The position numbers and the translations under genes were made by a program. This document shows, one piece after another, positions 27,652 to 38,612 of a stretch of DNA of 55,146 nt. The number at the start of each line of letters is the position of its first letter. Within the stretch, counting starts at the first letter, position 1. Source of the stretch: an archaeon (GTDB taxonomy: Archaea; Micrarchaeota; Micrarchaeia; CAILAH01); contig JAJSAH010000018.1 in assembly GCA_024274875.1 (NCBI GenBank), positions 1-55,146 of the forward strand, in the 5' to 3' direction. The notes under the pieces were generated by a model. It did no database searches, was not told the origin of the DNA, and saw nothing but the letters and a program-made list of their open reading frames with translations.

Positions 27652-27900
27652 TCATACAACTAAACCGAATTTCGTTGCAATCTCATCAGGAGTATGCTCT
27701 TTAGACAAAGTGATTATTGCCTTCTTAAGCCCCCTTGGAGTGTACATAATATTAATCTTCAAAACTTTAAGGCCATATATGGTCCTCAACTCCTCATGCA
27801 GTGAATCTTTATCTGTGCTTTTATCAACAATAACCTCAAATTTATTCTCGCGCTCAAGAAGCCTGCTCGCTTTTTCTGAGTTAACAACTTTAACAATCAT
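27652..27900 (-). CDS. rpl23: 50S ribosomal protein L23
   Basis: SEKA..L.E.EN and KKAIITL motifs; operon position. Confidence 0.92.
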   Translation of the reverse strand: MIVKVVNSEKASRLLERENKFEVIVDKSTDKDSLHEELRTIYGLKVLKINIMYTPRGLKKAIITLSKEHTPDEIATKFGLVV

Positions 27901-28688
27901 GCCAATTCACCCATCTTGATAAATGCGCTTTTGCTCCAAACAACCAATCTGCCTGCCTTGCCGCCAGGAGCAATGTCGCGAACCTTAATCTTGCCCACCT
28001 CAACAACATCAACGCCAGGAATAGATGACGCGCTCTTAAGAATATTGCAATCTTTCGATACTATGAACAAAACCGACTTCCTAACCCTGTACGCTCTGCC
28101 AAGCCTCTTCCTCCTAACCCCAGTTATGCGCTTTTTGCTCGCAACAGACTTTTTAACATCATCTAAAAGGTTAAGGTTTTGCAACAGCTTAATCACATCC
28201 TTTGTCTTGGAGATAGATTCCAAATCATCTACTATAATATAAGGAACATTGTACTCCGCGCCTGTGCGATCTTTTACGGCATGCTTTGAAATTGTTGCAG
28301 CGAGCCCCGACCACAGCGCTTTTGCATATTCTTTCTTATTTATTTTCTCCTCAACAACCTTCTCAACTTTCGGGGGATGCGCCCTGCGTCCCGTAACTGC
28401 AAATGGAATCCTCCTTACTCTGCCATACCTACCCTTAGGAAGTTTTTCATGAGGCAGCATGGCGTGACCGCGATTTTTCATCGTGCGGTATGCATCCTTG
28501 TTTCCTATATAATCCGCGCTTGTCTCCATGCCAGCCCATCGGTAAGGCGATTTTGGCTGGTATGTTTTGGATAATTCAGACCGCACTGCGCGCACGATCA
28601 AATCCTCACGCACCTCGACATTAAACTGAGGCGGAATATCAACCTCCTCAACTTTTTCACCTGCAATTGATAAAACTTGAGCCTTCAT
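27897..28688 (-). CDS. rpl4: 50S ribosomal protein L4
   Basis: GRRAHPPK, KINKKE and APGGKAGRL motifs. Confidence 0.96.
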   Translation of the reverse strand: MKAQVLSIAGEKVEEVDIPPQFNVEVREDLIVRAVRSELSKTYQPKSPYRWAGMETSADYIGNKDAYRTMKNRGHAMLPHEKLPKGRYGRVRRIPFAVTGRRAHPPKVEKVVEEKINKKEYAKALWSGLAATISKHAVKDRTGAEYNVPYIIVDDLESISKTKDVIKLLQNLNLLDDVKKSVASKKRITGVRRKRLGRAYRVRKSVLFIVSKDCNILKSASSIPGVDVVEVGKIKVRDIAPGGKAGRLVVWSKSAFIKMGELA

Positions 28689-28699
28689 TCAATACACCT

Positions 28700-29665
28700 T
28701 CATACTGCTTTGGATTTATAAGTTACCTTAAGCTCCCTCTTTGAATCGGGCTTGCGCAACGCCCTTCTCAATTTGATCAAACGCTTCTTAGCTCCTGGTA
28801 TAGAACCTTTTATTACTACATATTTTGTTTTTACAACGCCATAATGCAAAAGACCGCCTTTTTGGTTTATATCAGAGTTCTCGCCCAAATCAACGATTAA
28901 ATTATTGAGCACTGTGCGCTTGTGGTACCCAACTTGGCCGGCCTGCAAAGCAGTGTACTCAACCACGGGAGGATGCCACGAGCCAAGATTTCCAACATGT
29001 CTGCGCACGCCAGTAGCCTTCCTGCGCTGTATGGCCACTCCAAACCGCTTAACAACACCCTGCCATCCTTTGCCCTTAGTCACTCCAATCACATCAACAT
29101 AATCGCCTTTGCTGAACACATCGCCAACATTGATCTCCTTGCCTACGATCTGCTTAACATACTCAACCATTTCATCAATCTTGCTGCCCCCAACTCCTAA
29201 CTCAATTCTCTCACCGCGCTTCTTGCCAGTAGTTGTCAAAGACGGATTCGTAAGCGCGAGAACCCTCAATTCACATATCTGCTCCTTATGCTTATCCAAT
29301 TCGTCAACCATTGATTTTGCTTTTTTTACGCCCGCACGCTTCAATACCGCATCATCCTTCGCAAAAAATGCTCCAATAAGCTTCTTTCCATAAGGCGTAT
29401 GTTTGTACGCGCGAACGCCGTATACAAGCAACGGAGGTGTCTCCACAACCGTGCCTGCTATCATAACCTCTTTGCCTTTGTTCGGTGAAGTAGGATGCGT
29501 TTCGTTGTAAATCACATGCAGCATGCCTGCTTTATAACCTGCAAACCCAAGAAGGCACGGCTTAGAATAGCCCGGCCAAGTGCGTATCCTCCCATTATGC
29601 GTGCTTGCACGCTTGCGCGGCCTGAACGCAAGCGACCCTTTTCGCGACGAATGTGCTTTTGGCAT
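28700..29665 (-). CDS. rpl3: 50S ribosomal protein L3
   Basis: GSLAFRPRKRA, GYKAGM and TKGKGWQGVVKRFG motifs. Confidence 0.97.
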   Translation of the reverse strand: MPKAHSSRKGSLAFRPRKRASTHNGRIRTWPGYSKPCLLGFAGYKAGMLHVIYNETHPTSPNKGKEVMIAGTVVETPPLLVYGVRAYKHTPYGKKLIGAFFAKDDAVLKRAGVKKAKSMVDELDKHKEQICELRVLALTNPSLTTTGKKRGERIELGVGGSKIDEMVEYVKQIVGKEINVGDVFSKGDYVDVIGVTKGKGWQGVVKRFGVAIQRRKATGVRRHVGNLGSWHPPVVEYTALQAGQVGYHKRTVLNNLIVDLGENSDINQKGGLLHYGVVKTKYVVIKGSIPGAKKRLIKLRRALRKPDSKRELKVTYKSKAV

Positions 29666-29733
29666 ACAACCACTTTTTTAAACGTTTTATTTGCGTGCCT
29701 TTATTCAGAAGGCTAATATTTAAAAAAGTATTT

Positions 29734-31305
29734 TTAAGAGATATCCAACCTCTCAACTATTGCCGCATACGCTGGCCTGGATATCGCAAGGCCGAGCAAC
29801 GCGCCTAGAATTGTGGATGTTGCAAACCCAACTATCTCTACGATCCCAGAGAAAAACAACGGAAGCATCGCAACAACGGCTATGACAACATTGCGAGTGA
29901 TTATGTAAAACGCGCTCTTCACTCTCTCATGAATTTCTTCTTTAGAAATACCATGCTCTCCTCTTCTGAATATTTCATCTGTAATTATTATCTGCGCATC
30001 AAGGCTCACTCCCATTGCCGCTATGATGCCAGCCATCGCAGCAAAATCAATCGTTCCAAACCCTCCTATTATAGCCACCAATATAATGATTTCTGCTATA
30101 GAAACAACTATTATCGGCAGAAATAATTTTGGCTCCCTATACCTAAGCGTAACAAATAAAATAATCATAAGAAATGCCGCAGCAGCGCCAACTAAACTCA
30201 TATGCAAAAACTGCGCGCCCAACGGAGCAGGCACGCTAATGGTTGAACCAACGATTGCATTCACAGGAAGCCTGCCTCCGCTCAATACGCTCCTTATTTC
30301 CTTAGCATTCAGTTCTGCCTGCTTAACTGTCTGAGAAGTTCCGCTAACACTAACAAGACGCGATGGAGTGCCTTTTGCAAGACCTTCGGAGAGTATAGGG
30401 GCAGACAGCAATCCCATCGCTTTCCATCGCGATAACGCGAGCCCGTTCGTTTTGGCATTGAATGTTATCACGGGTGCAAGTTCATCATCGGGCAGCTCCT
30501 TAACATTAGAGGTTAAATTTTTAAGATCATCTAAATAGGATGATGTTTGCGATGCAATCACAACCTTAGTTGCATTCGTCATGTTTGCGCCATTATCTCC
30601 GTATAACTCTTTCAGAACAAGCGGCTTCTTGACTTCCCAATCATCAATAATTATTACTTTTATGTCGCTCCCTTCTATGTTATTGAGGTCTGCAATCAAT
30701 GGAAGAACTTCGCTTATGCTGATATCCTTCTGAAAATGCCTTGGCTCAAGCAGAATCAATGCTGACTCAGGCCTGTCAAGGAACATGTACACCGGTTTGT
30801 TGGCCTGCCCATAAGCTACTGCAGCAAACTTGCTTGCGCCCTCCTCAGTAACAGCAAAATCCACTTCCCATCTGTATGCATCTCTCGAAAGAGGACTTAT
30901 CCGACCTTCACCTATGCTGCCAGGCAGTATATCCTTTCCCGTTATCGCAACCTTGCCGTTTATGATTGCCTCAAACTTTCCCTGCTGCTGCAGGATTTTT
31001 TCAACCTGTTTTATCGATGTTTCATCGCCTTTGGCAAGCTCAATCTGGACCTCTCTGGGTGGCAACGGGCGCACGACCACCTGAGAAAGACCAAATTTAG
31101 ATACTCTCGTTTTGAGTATATTAACAATATCGTCCATTTGAGAGGGAGATAAATCCTTATCAAAGGTTATAGGTATTCGCACGCCGCCTTCAAACTCAAT
31201 GCCATAGTTGATGCCTTTTACAAATATAATTAATAATGATATAAGAATAACTGCTGCCAAAAATAATATGCGTTTATCGTACAACAAATCCTTCACGTTT
31301 AACAC
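29734..31305 (-). CDS. secD: Protein translocase subunit SecD
   Basis: GIEFEGG, large extracytoplasmic loop, SG.LP, DAQIIITDE; multiple TMs. Confidence 0.9.
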   Translation of the reverse strand: MLNVKDLLYDKRILFLAAVILISLLIIFVKGINYGIEFEGGVRIPITFDKDLSPSQMDDIVNILKTRVSKFGLSQVVVRPLPPREVQIELAKGDETSIKQVEKILQQQGKFEAIINGKVAITGKDILPGSIGEGRISPLSRDAYRWEVDFAVTEEGASKFAAVAYGQANKPVYMFLDRPESALILLEPRHFQKDISISEVLPLIADLNNIEGSDIKVIIIDDWEVKKPLVLKELYGDNGANMTNATKVVIASQTSSYLDDLKNLTSNVKELPDDELAPVITFNAKTNGLALSRWKAMGLLSAPILSEGLAKGTPSRLVSVSGTSQTVKQAELNAKEIRSVLSGGRLPVNAIVGSTISVPAPLGAQFLHMSLVGAAAAFLMIILFVTLRYREPKLFLPIIVVSIAEIIILVAIIGGFGTIDFAAMAGIIAAMGVSLDAQIIITDEIFRRGEHGISKEEIHERVKSAFYIITRNVVIAVVAMLPLFFSGIVEIVGFATSTILGALLGLAISRPAYAAIVERLDIS

Positions 31306-32413
31306 CTTCTACATGATGAATCATGATTACCGCATTAAGCATCCATGTGGCTATAAGATCCCCTACTAAACCAGCAAGAACTATTTTTGATATAGATTGA
31401 TAAACAGCGATGTTAGTAATTTCACCAACCAAAAACAATGCAACAAATGCAAGTATTGCTGTGAAACTCATTGTAACTCCAGTAAGCATTGCTTCATAAG
31501 CGCTCTTGCGCGGGTTCCTGAACCCTCTTTTAAGTATGCGCACGGTCAGCAGGATATCAGTATCCAACGAGAAACCTATCAACATGAGTATGGATGCTAT
31601 CGCGGCAAGGGATAGAGGGATGTTGAGCAATCCCATAACTCCCAATGCAAACAACACATCGCATGTCGCGCCTGTAAGCACTGCTATGGATGGAACAAAA
31701 TCCCTGAATATCACAAACACTGCGATAGCGCTCAGCACTGCTGCTGCAAGCATAACGCCTTCAATTTTTCCAACGAACACTTCGCTAAGCGATGGGTTTA
31801 TCAGCTTAAAAGAATACGACTCATAATCAATTCTCCCAGAAATCCTCGATGTAATGTCCTCGCGGTACGCAAGCGTCACCTTGGAGAACAAAGACTCAAC
31901 CTCGGGCTTAAGCTTATCGACATCTTCTGTAAGCGTTATGCGCTTTCCTAAAACTGATGAAGAACTCTCCATCAGCTTCTGCCTAAGATCCATTAAATGC
32001 TGTTCCAGTTCAGCAGCTTCCGTCTCCTGAACTGTTGTGCTGCCGTTCGAACCTTTTAACACAAGGATTTCATATCTCTTCTTAGCATACTTTTCATATG
32101 TATCTAAAAAATCCCTGTATGCGCTTTCCAACTCAACGATCTCTGGAGAATGCGCAATCTCAATCTCTGCGATGTTCGAATCGCCAAGTTTATACGAGCG
32201 CACACTAAAATCTGTAAATCGCGCATCATGCAGTTGGGATGATATCTCATCCTCTGAAAGCGGTTTATCAAGTTCAAGAGTGACAAGGACGCCTCCCTTA
32301 AACTCTAAGCCTGGCTCAATCTGCAGCACAAAATATATTGAGATCAAAACCAATGCCAAAGGGATTATTGCAAGTTTTTTGTAATCTCCGCTGTATATGT
32401 CCGGAAGTTTCAT
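31274..32413 (-). CDS. secF: Protein translocase subunit SecF
   Basis: GLEFKGG and LMLIGFSLDTDILLT motifs; adjacent to secD. Confidence 0.9.
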   Translation of the reverse strand: MKLPDIYSGDYKKLAIIPLALVLISIYFVLQIEPGLEFKGGVLVTLELDKPLSEDEISSQLHDARFTDFSVRSYKLGDSNIAEIEIAHSPEIVELESAYRDFLDTYEKYAKKRYEILVLKGSNGSTTVQETEAAELEQHLMDLRQKLMESSSSVLGKRITLTEDVDKLKPEVESLFSKVTLAYREDITSRISGRIDYESYSFKLINPSLSEVFVGKIEGVMLAAAVLSAIAVFVIFRDFVPSIAVLTGATCDVLFALGVMGLLNIPLSLAAIASILMLIGFSLDTDILLTVRILKRGFRNPRKSAYEAMLTGVTMSFTAILAFVALFLVGEITNIAVYQSISKIVLAGLVGDLIATWMLNAVIMIHHVEGVKREGFVVR

Positions 32414-32439
32414 CTAATCATCTTCTCGCAGTTTTAACA

Positions 32440-32513
32440 TGGGCCAGGAGAGATTTGAACTCTCGACCTCCCGATTATCAGTCGGGCGCTCCACCAGGCT
32501 AAGCTACTGGCCC
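32440..32513 (-). tRNA. tRNA-Ile(GAT), intron-less, CCA not encoded
   Basis: GGGCCAG acceptor stem; CCCGA-CTGATAA-TCGGG anticodon arm; GAGAG-TTCAAAT-CTCTC T arm. Confidence 0.97.
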
Positions 32514-32626
32514 GCATGCGCGCGCTAAAACTTTGAGATAAGAAATTTTAAAAATTGATTTCTATTATTGAGCAAATGTTGAATTAATGGAAAGATTTAT
32601 ATATGAACTAAAAACATAAATATTGC

Positions 32627-33283
32627 ATGAAATTGAAAGCGGCAGTTGCTGCCACGCTAATTGCATCATGCATTGGATTCGGGGGGATTAACAGGGCAAG
32701 CGCATTCATAAAATTCAAGCGAGCAGCAATAAACTCGCCAAGAACTCTGCATAATAACAGTATAAAACCAGAATTTAAAGAACAAGGAGGAGAGTACTAC
32801 TATAAGTATAACGGAAAGTATGTTAAAGTGTTGGATGAGGATATTAAAGACCTGTTGGGATGCAAAGATTGCAAACCAGTCCTATCAGCATACAACGAGC
32901 ATGTATATGCTATGCTAGAGACAGGCAAATTCTTATTGCATTATAATGTTGAAATTCATAAAAAATCTGCAGTAAACATCGGAAATGTGAAAAAGATGGA
33001 TGGCTCAGAAAACATAAGATTCATATCTATTGTTGCGACTGCCAATGGCGTATTCTTCATTTACGACGGTGCAAAAAATTTATATTACATTAATAAAGAT
33101 GATGTGAGCAGAGGAGAAGTGCAAGCAATACCCTTGAATGATTATATCTCAGGAAATTCAGTGTTCCTCCCGCGCATTGAATTAATAAACCCACGCAGTG
33201 ATGTAGTAATCCTGAGGTCCCCCTCGCTTAAATGCAACATATATGTTTCGCTTCGCGACAAAAGAATAAAATGTGCAAAATGA
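32627..33283 (+). CDS. Secreted hypothetical protein
   Basis: Signal-peptide-like N-terminus ending ASA; upstream TTTATATA box. Confidence 0.6.
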   Translation: MKLKAAVAATLIASCIGFGGINRASAFIKFKRAAINSPRTLHNNSIKPEFKEQGGEYYYKYNGKYVKVLDEDIKDLLGCKDCKPVLSAYNEHVYAMLETGKFLLHYNVEIHKKSAVNIGNVKKMDGSENIRFISIVATANGVFFIYDGAKNLYYINKDDVSRGEVQAIPLNDYISGNSVFLPRIELINPRSDVVILRSPSLKCNIYVSLRDKRIKCAK

Positions 33284-33327
33284 TTAAAAATGATGCATGA
33301 GATATAGGAACGGTGTATTTGATGGTA

Positions 33328-34074
33328 ATGGCGCAAAAAAGTAAACGTAGAGATAATGTGGTGGATTATACAGTAACCGCAAACCTGTTAAGGTTTGAAA
33401 AGCCAAATCCGCGTTATTTTAGAAATCCTGAGATTATTATCAGCGAAGATGGAAAAGAAGCATACATAAGAATTGGGTTGAGGGACAAAAAGCATGTAAT
33501 TGAGATGCGATTGAAGTTTAATAAAAAAACAGATATAAAAAGAATAATGGAAGTTCTTAAAGAAACTACGAATGAGATGGGGGAATTTTACAAGGGAGCT
33601 ATGGTAGATATTGAAAAAGAGCTTAAAAGAGAGAAAGGCAGAGGGTACAAATTGTCAGGCAGAGGGCTTGCTGCTGCAATACGCTCTGCAGTAAAGAACA
33701 ATTGCTATGTCTACAATAAAAAAATTGGGAATTCAGTACTGGCAAGTGACTATTTAAAATACGGGACAGTTGTAGATGCAGTCGCAGCGAAAACAGGAAA
33801 GTACCCTAAAAATATGCCTGTTCAATATGTAGAATTCAAGGAAAGCGATGTTGAAGTTCAGCCCATTATTGCATACAGATCAAAACCTGCAAATAAACAA
33901 AAAATAACTATTGAGGTTGGTGAGATTAAAATAGAACGAGGAGGAAGAAAGAAGGAGAGGCGTGAAGTAAAAATAAGCGTTGGCAAAATAAAAATAAGAA
34001 AGCTGTCGGATGAGGAGTATGCAAAACTGCTCAAAACGCCTAAAAAAACCAATAAAAAGAAGAGTAGGAAATGA
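33328..34074 (+). CDS. Hypothetical basic protein
   Basis: K/R-rich ORF; duplicated C-terminal motif ITIEVGEIKI / VKISVGKIKI. Confidence 0.6.
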   Translation: MAQKSKRRDNVVDYTVTANLLRFEKPNPRYFRNPEIIISEDGKEAYIRIGLRDKKHVIEMRLKFNKKTDIKRIMEVLKETTNEMGEFYKGAMVDIEKELKREKGRGYKLSGRGLAAAIRSAVKNNCYVYNKKIGNSVLASDYLKYGTVVDAVAAKTGKYPKNMPVQYVEFKESDVEVQPIIAYRSKPANKQKITIEVGEIKIERGGRKKERREVKISVGKIKIRKLSDEEYAKLLKTPKKTNKKKSRK

Positions 34075-35463
34075 TTACAAGCCAAGGAAAAATCTGCGGT
34101 TAAGATGTTTAGTGAACACATCAGCAGATGAGGCGAATATGCAATCCTTGCCATAAAATACAGATGAAGATTTTATTTCTTTCAGCAAACCTTTGCTTAT
34201 GCCATGCTTTATTGGATTTGCCTGTATATCTTTAACCAACTGTTTCACATCAGAAAATTTGCGTTTGCGCACAGCGCATAACCTTTCCCCGCATACAAAC
34301 AAATCAACATTATTAATCTCTTCTCTTATAAAACTCTCCAAATGCCGCCCCATGCGCACATAGGGCCCTTCTTGCACAGAAATGTTTGGCAACTTAGAAA
34401 ACATCAACTCAAACAGCAGAAAACACTCATCCCCACTAACCTCTGCTGTTTGATGCACGCATTCAAAATGTTCGCACTCAAATGAGATTCTTATGTTCTT
34501 CAAGGTTCTTCTGAGTTCTCCCCATAATATATCGTTAACTTTATCTGGCTTCGTGAACTTGAAAAGGATAAAATGCGTGCCGCGCGCCCTGGTATTCTTG
34601 CGTATATCTTGCAAACTCATGGGCTTCAATGTCTCAAAAAACGCCGATGTGGATGGCTTCATGAAAAATATATGCGAAGCAGCAACGAATCTTGCGAGCG
34701 ATTCATCGCTCACTGGAGCTGCAACATTGCGCCGCTTATCAACAGGGTCTATAACTATAAGCGCATCTCCTTTGAATAATGTTGAAAGTAAGCGACTGCT
34801 TTTCCTGCCAACCATATCTATCGCCACAGGAAATTTCCACTCGCGCGATGATTTAATTAAATTGTAAAATGACCCGCTATGCATCACAAGCAATTCGCAT
34901 AAATACCCAGAAAAACCTCCTGTGCGAATCTCAGCGCCGTATATACCAAGCCGTTTTAAAAACACTTTAAGAATGCGCACATCATCTTTTTGAGATTCAG
35001 TTATGTTGCTTAAAACATATTTTGTATGAAATTGCGTTCGATCCACTGCGCTTTTAAGATGCGCAATATCTTTCCCCTTAAGTTTATAGCTTGGCACTAT
35101 ATCTACTCTGTGTCCTTTGTATGTGCCTCTAAGGTAAGGATGCTGCGCATACGCAACTTCCCATGTTTCAAGAACTTGTTTTCCCCACTCAAATGCCATT
35201 GATTCAAGCTCATCTATGGAATACGATTCTGGAAATAATATGAACACATCAAAATCCACATCATCTTTTATGTATGTGCCTTTCGCAAACGATCCTGTCA
35301 GCATCACTTCAATATTATCAGGGGACAGCGAATTAAGTTTTTCAACAACATCATCAGCAGTCTTCTTTACTGAGAGATGGAAGCGGGTTGATGGTTTAAC
35401 CCTTTTAAGGATTTCTTTACGCATTTTATTCCATTCCCTCTCATCGAGATCTCCGCTAAGCAT
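34075..35463 (-). CDS. cca: CCA-adding enzyme (archaeal class I)
   Basis: GSFAKGT..DFDVF, AQHPY, SAVDRTQFH and GGFSGYLCELL motifs. Confidence 0.95.
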   Translation of the reverse strand: MLSGDLDEREWNKMRKEILKRVKPSTRFHLSVKKTADDVVEKLNSLSPDNIEVMLTGSFAKGTYIKDDVDFDVFILFPESYSIDELESMAFEWGKQVLETWEVAYAQHPYLRGTYKGHRVDIVPSYKLKGKDIAHLKSAVDRTQFHTKYVLSNITESQKDDVRILKVFLKRLGIYGAEIRTGGFSGYLCELLVMHSGSFYNLIKSSREWKFPVAIDMVGRKSSRLLSTLFKGDALIVIDPVDKRRNVAAPVSDESLARFVAASHIFFMKPSTSAFFETLKPMSLQDIRKNTRARGTHFILFKFTKPDKVNDILWGELRRTLKNIRISFECEHFECVHQTAEVSGDECFLLFELMFSKLPNISVQEGPYVRMGRHLESFIREEINNVDLFVCGERLCAVRKRKFSDVKQLVKDIQANPIKHGISKGLLKEIKSSSVFYGKDCIFASSADVFTKHLNRRFFLGL

Positions 35464-35473
35464 CAAGATTCAC

Positions 35474-36397
35474 CTATTTTATTGGATACGCTTGATAACC
35501 TTTTAACTTTAAAACATTCGAGAATTGCTCTGAAAACGGCCCAAATACATATACTCTCTTTGGATCGCTGTGCTCAACATACTCAATCAAATCATTATAC
35601 CCTGCATGGTCGCTGAAAGGCAGAGATAAATCATAATACGGATTATTGTATTTTACATTCCACCCGCTTAATGAAGCAAAATATGCTGGTTTTCTGTAAT
35701 GTTTAGTTAATCGCATTTTCAAATCCATGCTAAACATGGATTTAGGTATTATTCCTACAAAATTGTCCCTGAACATATCGGACGCTTCATCCGAATCTGA
35801 TGAGACATAGGATAATGCACTGCCAAGCTTTGCATACCTTCCATTTATCTCAGCAATCTGCTTATGAACAACCGGAGTTATTCCGCAATACTCATTCAAA
35901 ATTTTTGTGAGTTCCTGCGATTTGCCTTTTGGATATACAGTGAATATCACATTGCCATACCTAAGCTTGGTCAACACTTCTCTTTTTATAACATCAGCAA
36001 GCGCTTCTTTCTTGGGAAAGTTGTATTCGGGTGATCCATATGTAGCTTCAATCAACAGCCTATCTGACTCAACTATTTCAGCGCCATCGTATGTGAAGCC
36101 ATCTTCAATACTCATATCACCAGTATACACAAAATTTCCGCCATCTCCGGCAATCTCAATCTGTGTTGCGCCGAACATATGCCCTGCTGGATGAAGCTTC
36201 ACGCTATCCAAGCAAACCCTCTCATTGTATGTTATGCCTGCTATACCTATTGTCTGCGGGGACGCAATTATCCTATCAACTTTACTTCTCCGCGCATGGT
36301 CGGAATGCGCATGCGACACATAAGAAATGTCGCCATTAACATCCAAACCAAGCGTAGCTCCATCCATCTCAAAACAAGCAACCTGCTTAAACAGCAT
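35474..36397 (-). CDS. MBL-fold/beta-CASP-type nuclease
   Basis: SHAHSDH, AGHMFG, YTGD, EATYG and SDHA motifs. Confidence 0.85.
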   Translation of the reverse strand: MLFKQVACFEMDGATLGLDVNGDISYVSHAHSDHARRSKVDRIIASPQTIGIAGITYNERVCLDSVKLHPAGHMFGATQIEIAGDGGNFVYTGDMSIEDGFTYDGAEIVESDRLLIEATYGSPEYNFPKKEALADVIKREVLTKLRYGNVIFTVYPKGKSQELTKILNEYCGITPVVHKQIAEINGRYAKLGSALSYVSSDSDEASDMFRDNFVGIIPKSMFSMDLKMRLTKHYRKPAYFASLSGWNVKYNNPYYDLSLPFSDHAGYNDLIEYVEHSDPKRVYVFGPFSEQFSNVLKLKGYQAYPIK

Positions 36398-36447
36398 AAT
36401 ATCATATCGAAGAGATATTTTTAATTGTTAATCCTCTATATTGCGGC

Positions 36448-37515
36448 ATGCCGCATATTAAAGAGGGGCTTGCAGAGATAAATGCAAGGGAGGGGGTGTT
36501 CTACAACCCAAACATGGAAATAAACAGAGATTTGCTGGTTTCAGCATTGAAGTGCCTTAATGTAAAGGATTTTTGCGATGGGCACACGGCTACAGGGATA
36601 AAAGCAATACGCGCAGCGCTCGAAGCTGGAGTTGAAAACGCATGCGCTGTTGATCTCAGCAATAATGCATGCGAAAACGCGACAAGTAATGCAAAAATGA
36701 ATAAAGTTAAAGTGAAGGTGATTCATTCAGATATAAGAGAGCATCTTATGCGGCACAATCACGAATTTGTTGAGATTGATCCTTTTGGGTCTCCTGCTCC
36801 ATACATGCACTTCTTAGCAGAATCGTTCTCATGGAGAAAATGCGGATATTCATCTCTCACTGCAACTGACACAGCCGTCCTATGCGGTGCAGAGCGCAAC
36901 GCATGCAGAAGGATTTATGGAGCCATCCCGCTCCATGATGAAATCGTTCATGAAATCGGGCTAAGGATACTTATACAAAGAACGCAGGCAACGCTTGCAG
37001 AAAAGAACATCGCTGCAACGCCCATTTTATCATTATCGCACAGGCATTACTTAAAGGTGTTTTTTAGGATTGAGAGAAGCGCTAAGAAATGCGATGATGC
37101 ATTAAAGTTAATTGCATACTTCGCATACTGCGCGAAATGCAAGCACCGCAAATACATTAATATTGGAGAAACATCGACTTGTGAACATTGCGGTTCAAAA
37201 ATGATGGTCGCAGGACCTGTGTGGAAAGGTTTGACGCATGATTCAGAGTTTGTAAAACAATGCGCGAATCATATCAAAAATATGGAGTATAAACAGATGA
37301 AAGAGGAGATAAAACTGCTCACCGCATGCATAGATGAAAATTTTGATGGAATGTGCTATGACCTTCACAGCATATTCAAAGGAGGAAGCATTCCAAAAAC
37401 AGATAATATAATGCGCAGGTTAAAAGAGAATGGGTTTAAAGCAGAAAAAACGCATTATAAATCATGGATTATAAAAACGGACGCAAGCGCAGCGCAAATT
37501 AAAGCCTTAAGTTGA
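36448..37515 (+). CDS. trm1: tRNA (guanine-26-N2)-dimethyltransferase
   Basis: VFYNP.M.INRD, IDPFGSP, TATDTAVLCG, Zn finger, GPVWKG. Confidence 0.93.
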   Translation: MPHIKEGLAEINAREGVFYNPNMEINRDLLVSALKCLNVKDFCDGHTATGIKAIRAALEAGVENACAVDLSNNACENATSNAKMNKVKVKVIHSDIREHLMRHNHEFVEIDPFGSPAPYMHFLAESFSWRKCGYSSLTATDTAVLCGAERNACRRIYGAIPLHDEIVHEIGLRILIQRTQATLAEKNIAATPILSLSHRHYLKVFFRIERSAKKCDDALKLIAYFAYCAKCKHRKYINIGETSTCEHCGSKMMVAGPVWKGLTHDSEFVKQCANHIKNMEYKQMKEEIKLLTACIDENFDGMCYDLHSIFKGGSIPKTDNIMRRLKENGFKAEKTHYKSWIIKTDASAAQIKALS

Positions 37516-38491
37516 GTTCGCGCGCAATCTCTTTGTACCTATTCCTTATCGTAACTTCGGTCACGCCCAAAGCGTCTGCAATATCCTTCTGCGTGCGTTT
37601 CTCGCCCGTAAGCTCGCACGCAATGTAAACTATCGCTGCAACAACTCCCTGCGGGCCCCTGCCTATAACCAAATCCTTCCTCAGCGCTTTTTTATACAGC
37701 TCTTTTATTTTGCCCGCAGTTTTCTGGCCCAGCTTCAATCTTGAAACGGCCCTCGGCACGAGCTGTTCGGGACCTCCCAAAGGAACCTTAATGCCTAATT
37801 CATTTGTTATGAACCTAAATGTCCTGCCTATCTCTTTCCTGTCAACTCCAGATACCTTTGCTATTTCATCAAGAGTACGGGGTATGTTATGCTTCCTGCA
37901 TGTTGCGTATAAAACCGCGCTAACAACATTCTCTATAAGTCTGCCCCTCACAAGCCCTTTCTCTGCAACCTGGCGGTACAGCAAAGCCGCATCTTCTCGA
38001 ACATCTTTTGACAAGCCAAGATATGATGCAATCCTATCCAACTCATTCAATGCAATCATCAGGTTGCGCTCAATAGATGTTGATACGGATGTGCGTTTGT
38101 GCCATTTGCGCATCCTAGATATCTGCGCGACTTTCTTGCCAGAAATCTTTATGCCTCGTATATCCCTATTATACATATCTATTTCTGTAGTCAATCCTTT
38201 ATCAGGCCTTATATACTTAATAGGCGCGCCTCCGCGCGCTTTGCTCTTTATCTCCTCAGATGAAAAAGCGCGCCACTCAGCGCCTAAATCAACTAAATGC
38301 TCCTCCAAAACTAAACCGCAGTCGGCGCATATTAGCTCTCCCCTCTCATAATCCTTAACTATCCTCCTGCTGCCGCAATTTGGGCAAACTGCTGGTTGAG
38401 ATGAAAAACTTTTCGGAGCAGATGCTATATTCTTGGCCTTTGCGGATTTGCTGATTTTTGCAGTGCCGGTTTTGCGGCGTTTCTTCACCAT
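37499..38491 (-). CDS. tfb: Transcription initiation factor IIB
   Basis: CPNC..CADCG ribbon, EWRAF, two cyclin repeats, VTEVTIRNRYKE. Confidence 0.97.
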   Translation of the reverse strand: MVKKRRKTGTAKISKSAKAKNIASAPKSFSSQPAVCPNCGSRRIVKDYERGELICADCGLVLEEHLVDLGAEWRAFSSEEIKSKARGGAPIKYIRPDKGLTTEIDMYNRDIRGIKISGKKVAQISRMRKWHKRTSVSTSIERNLMIALNELDRIASYLGLSKDVREDAALLYRQVAEKGLVRGRLIENVVSAVLYATCRKHNIPRTLDEIAKVSGVDRKEIGRTFRFITNELGIKVPLGGPEQLVPRAVSRLKLGQKTAGKIKELYKKALRKDLVIGRGPQGVVAAIVYIACELTGEKRTQKDIADALGVTEVTIRNRYKEIARELNLRL

Positions 38492-38612
38492 ATGCATTAA
38501 AAATAATAGCAAACTTTATAAATATATTTCCACATTCTGGACAATTGCGGACAACGCATAACTAATTTTAATATGTTATTTGCATAATACAAAACGCAAA
38601 AAAGGTGTTGTA

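Noticed and set aside
38410-38491. KKRRK in TFB read as a nuclear localisation signal
   Set aside because: Basic patches are common across this Lys-rich proteome; nothing supports a targeting role.
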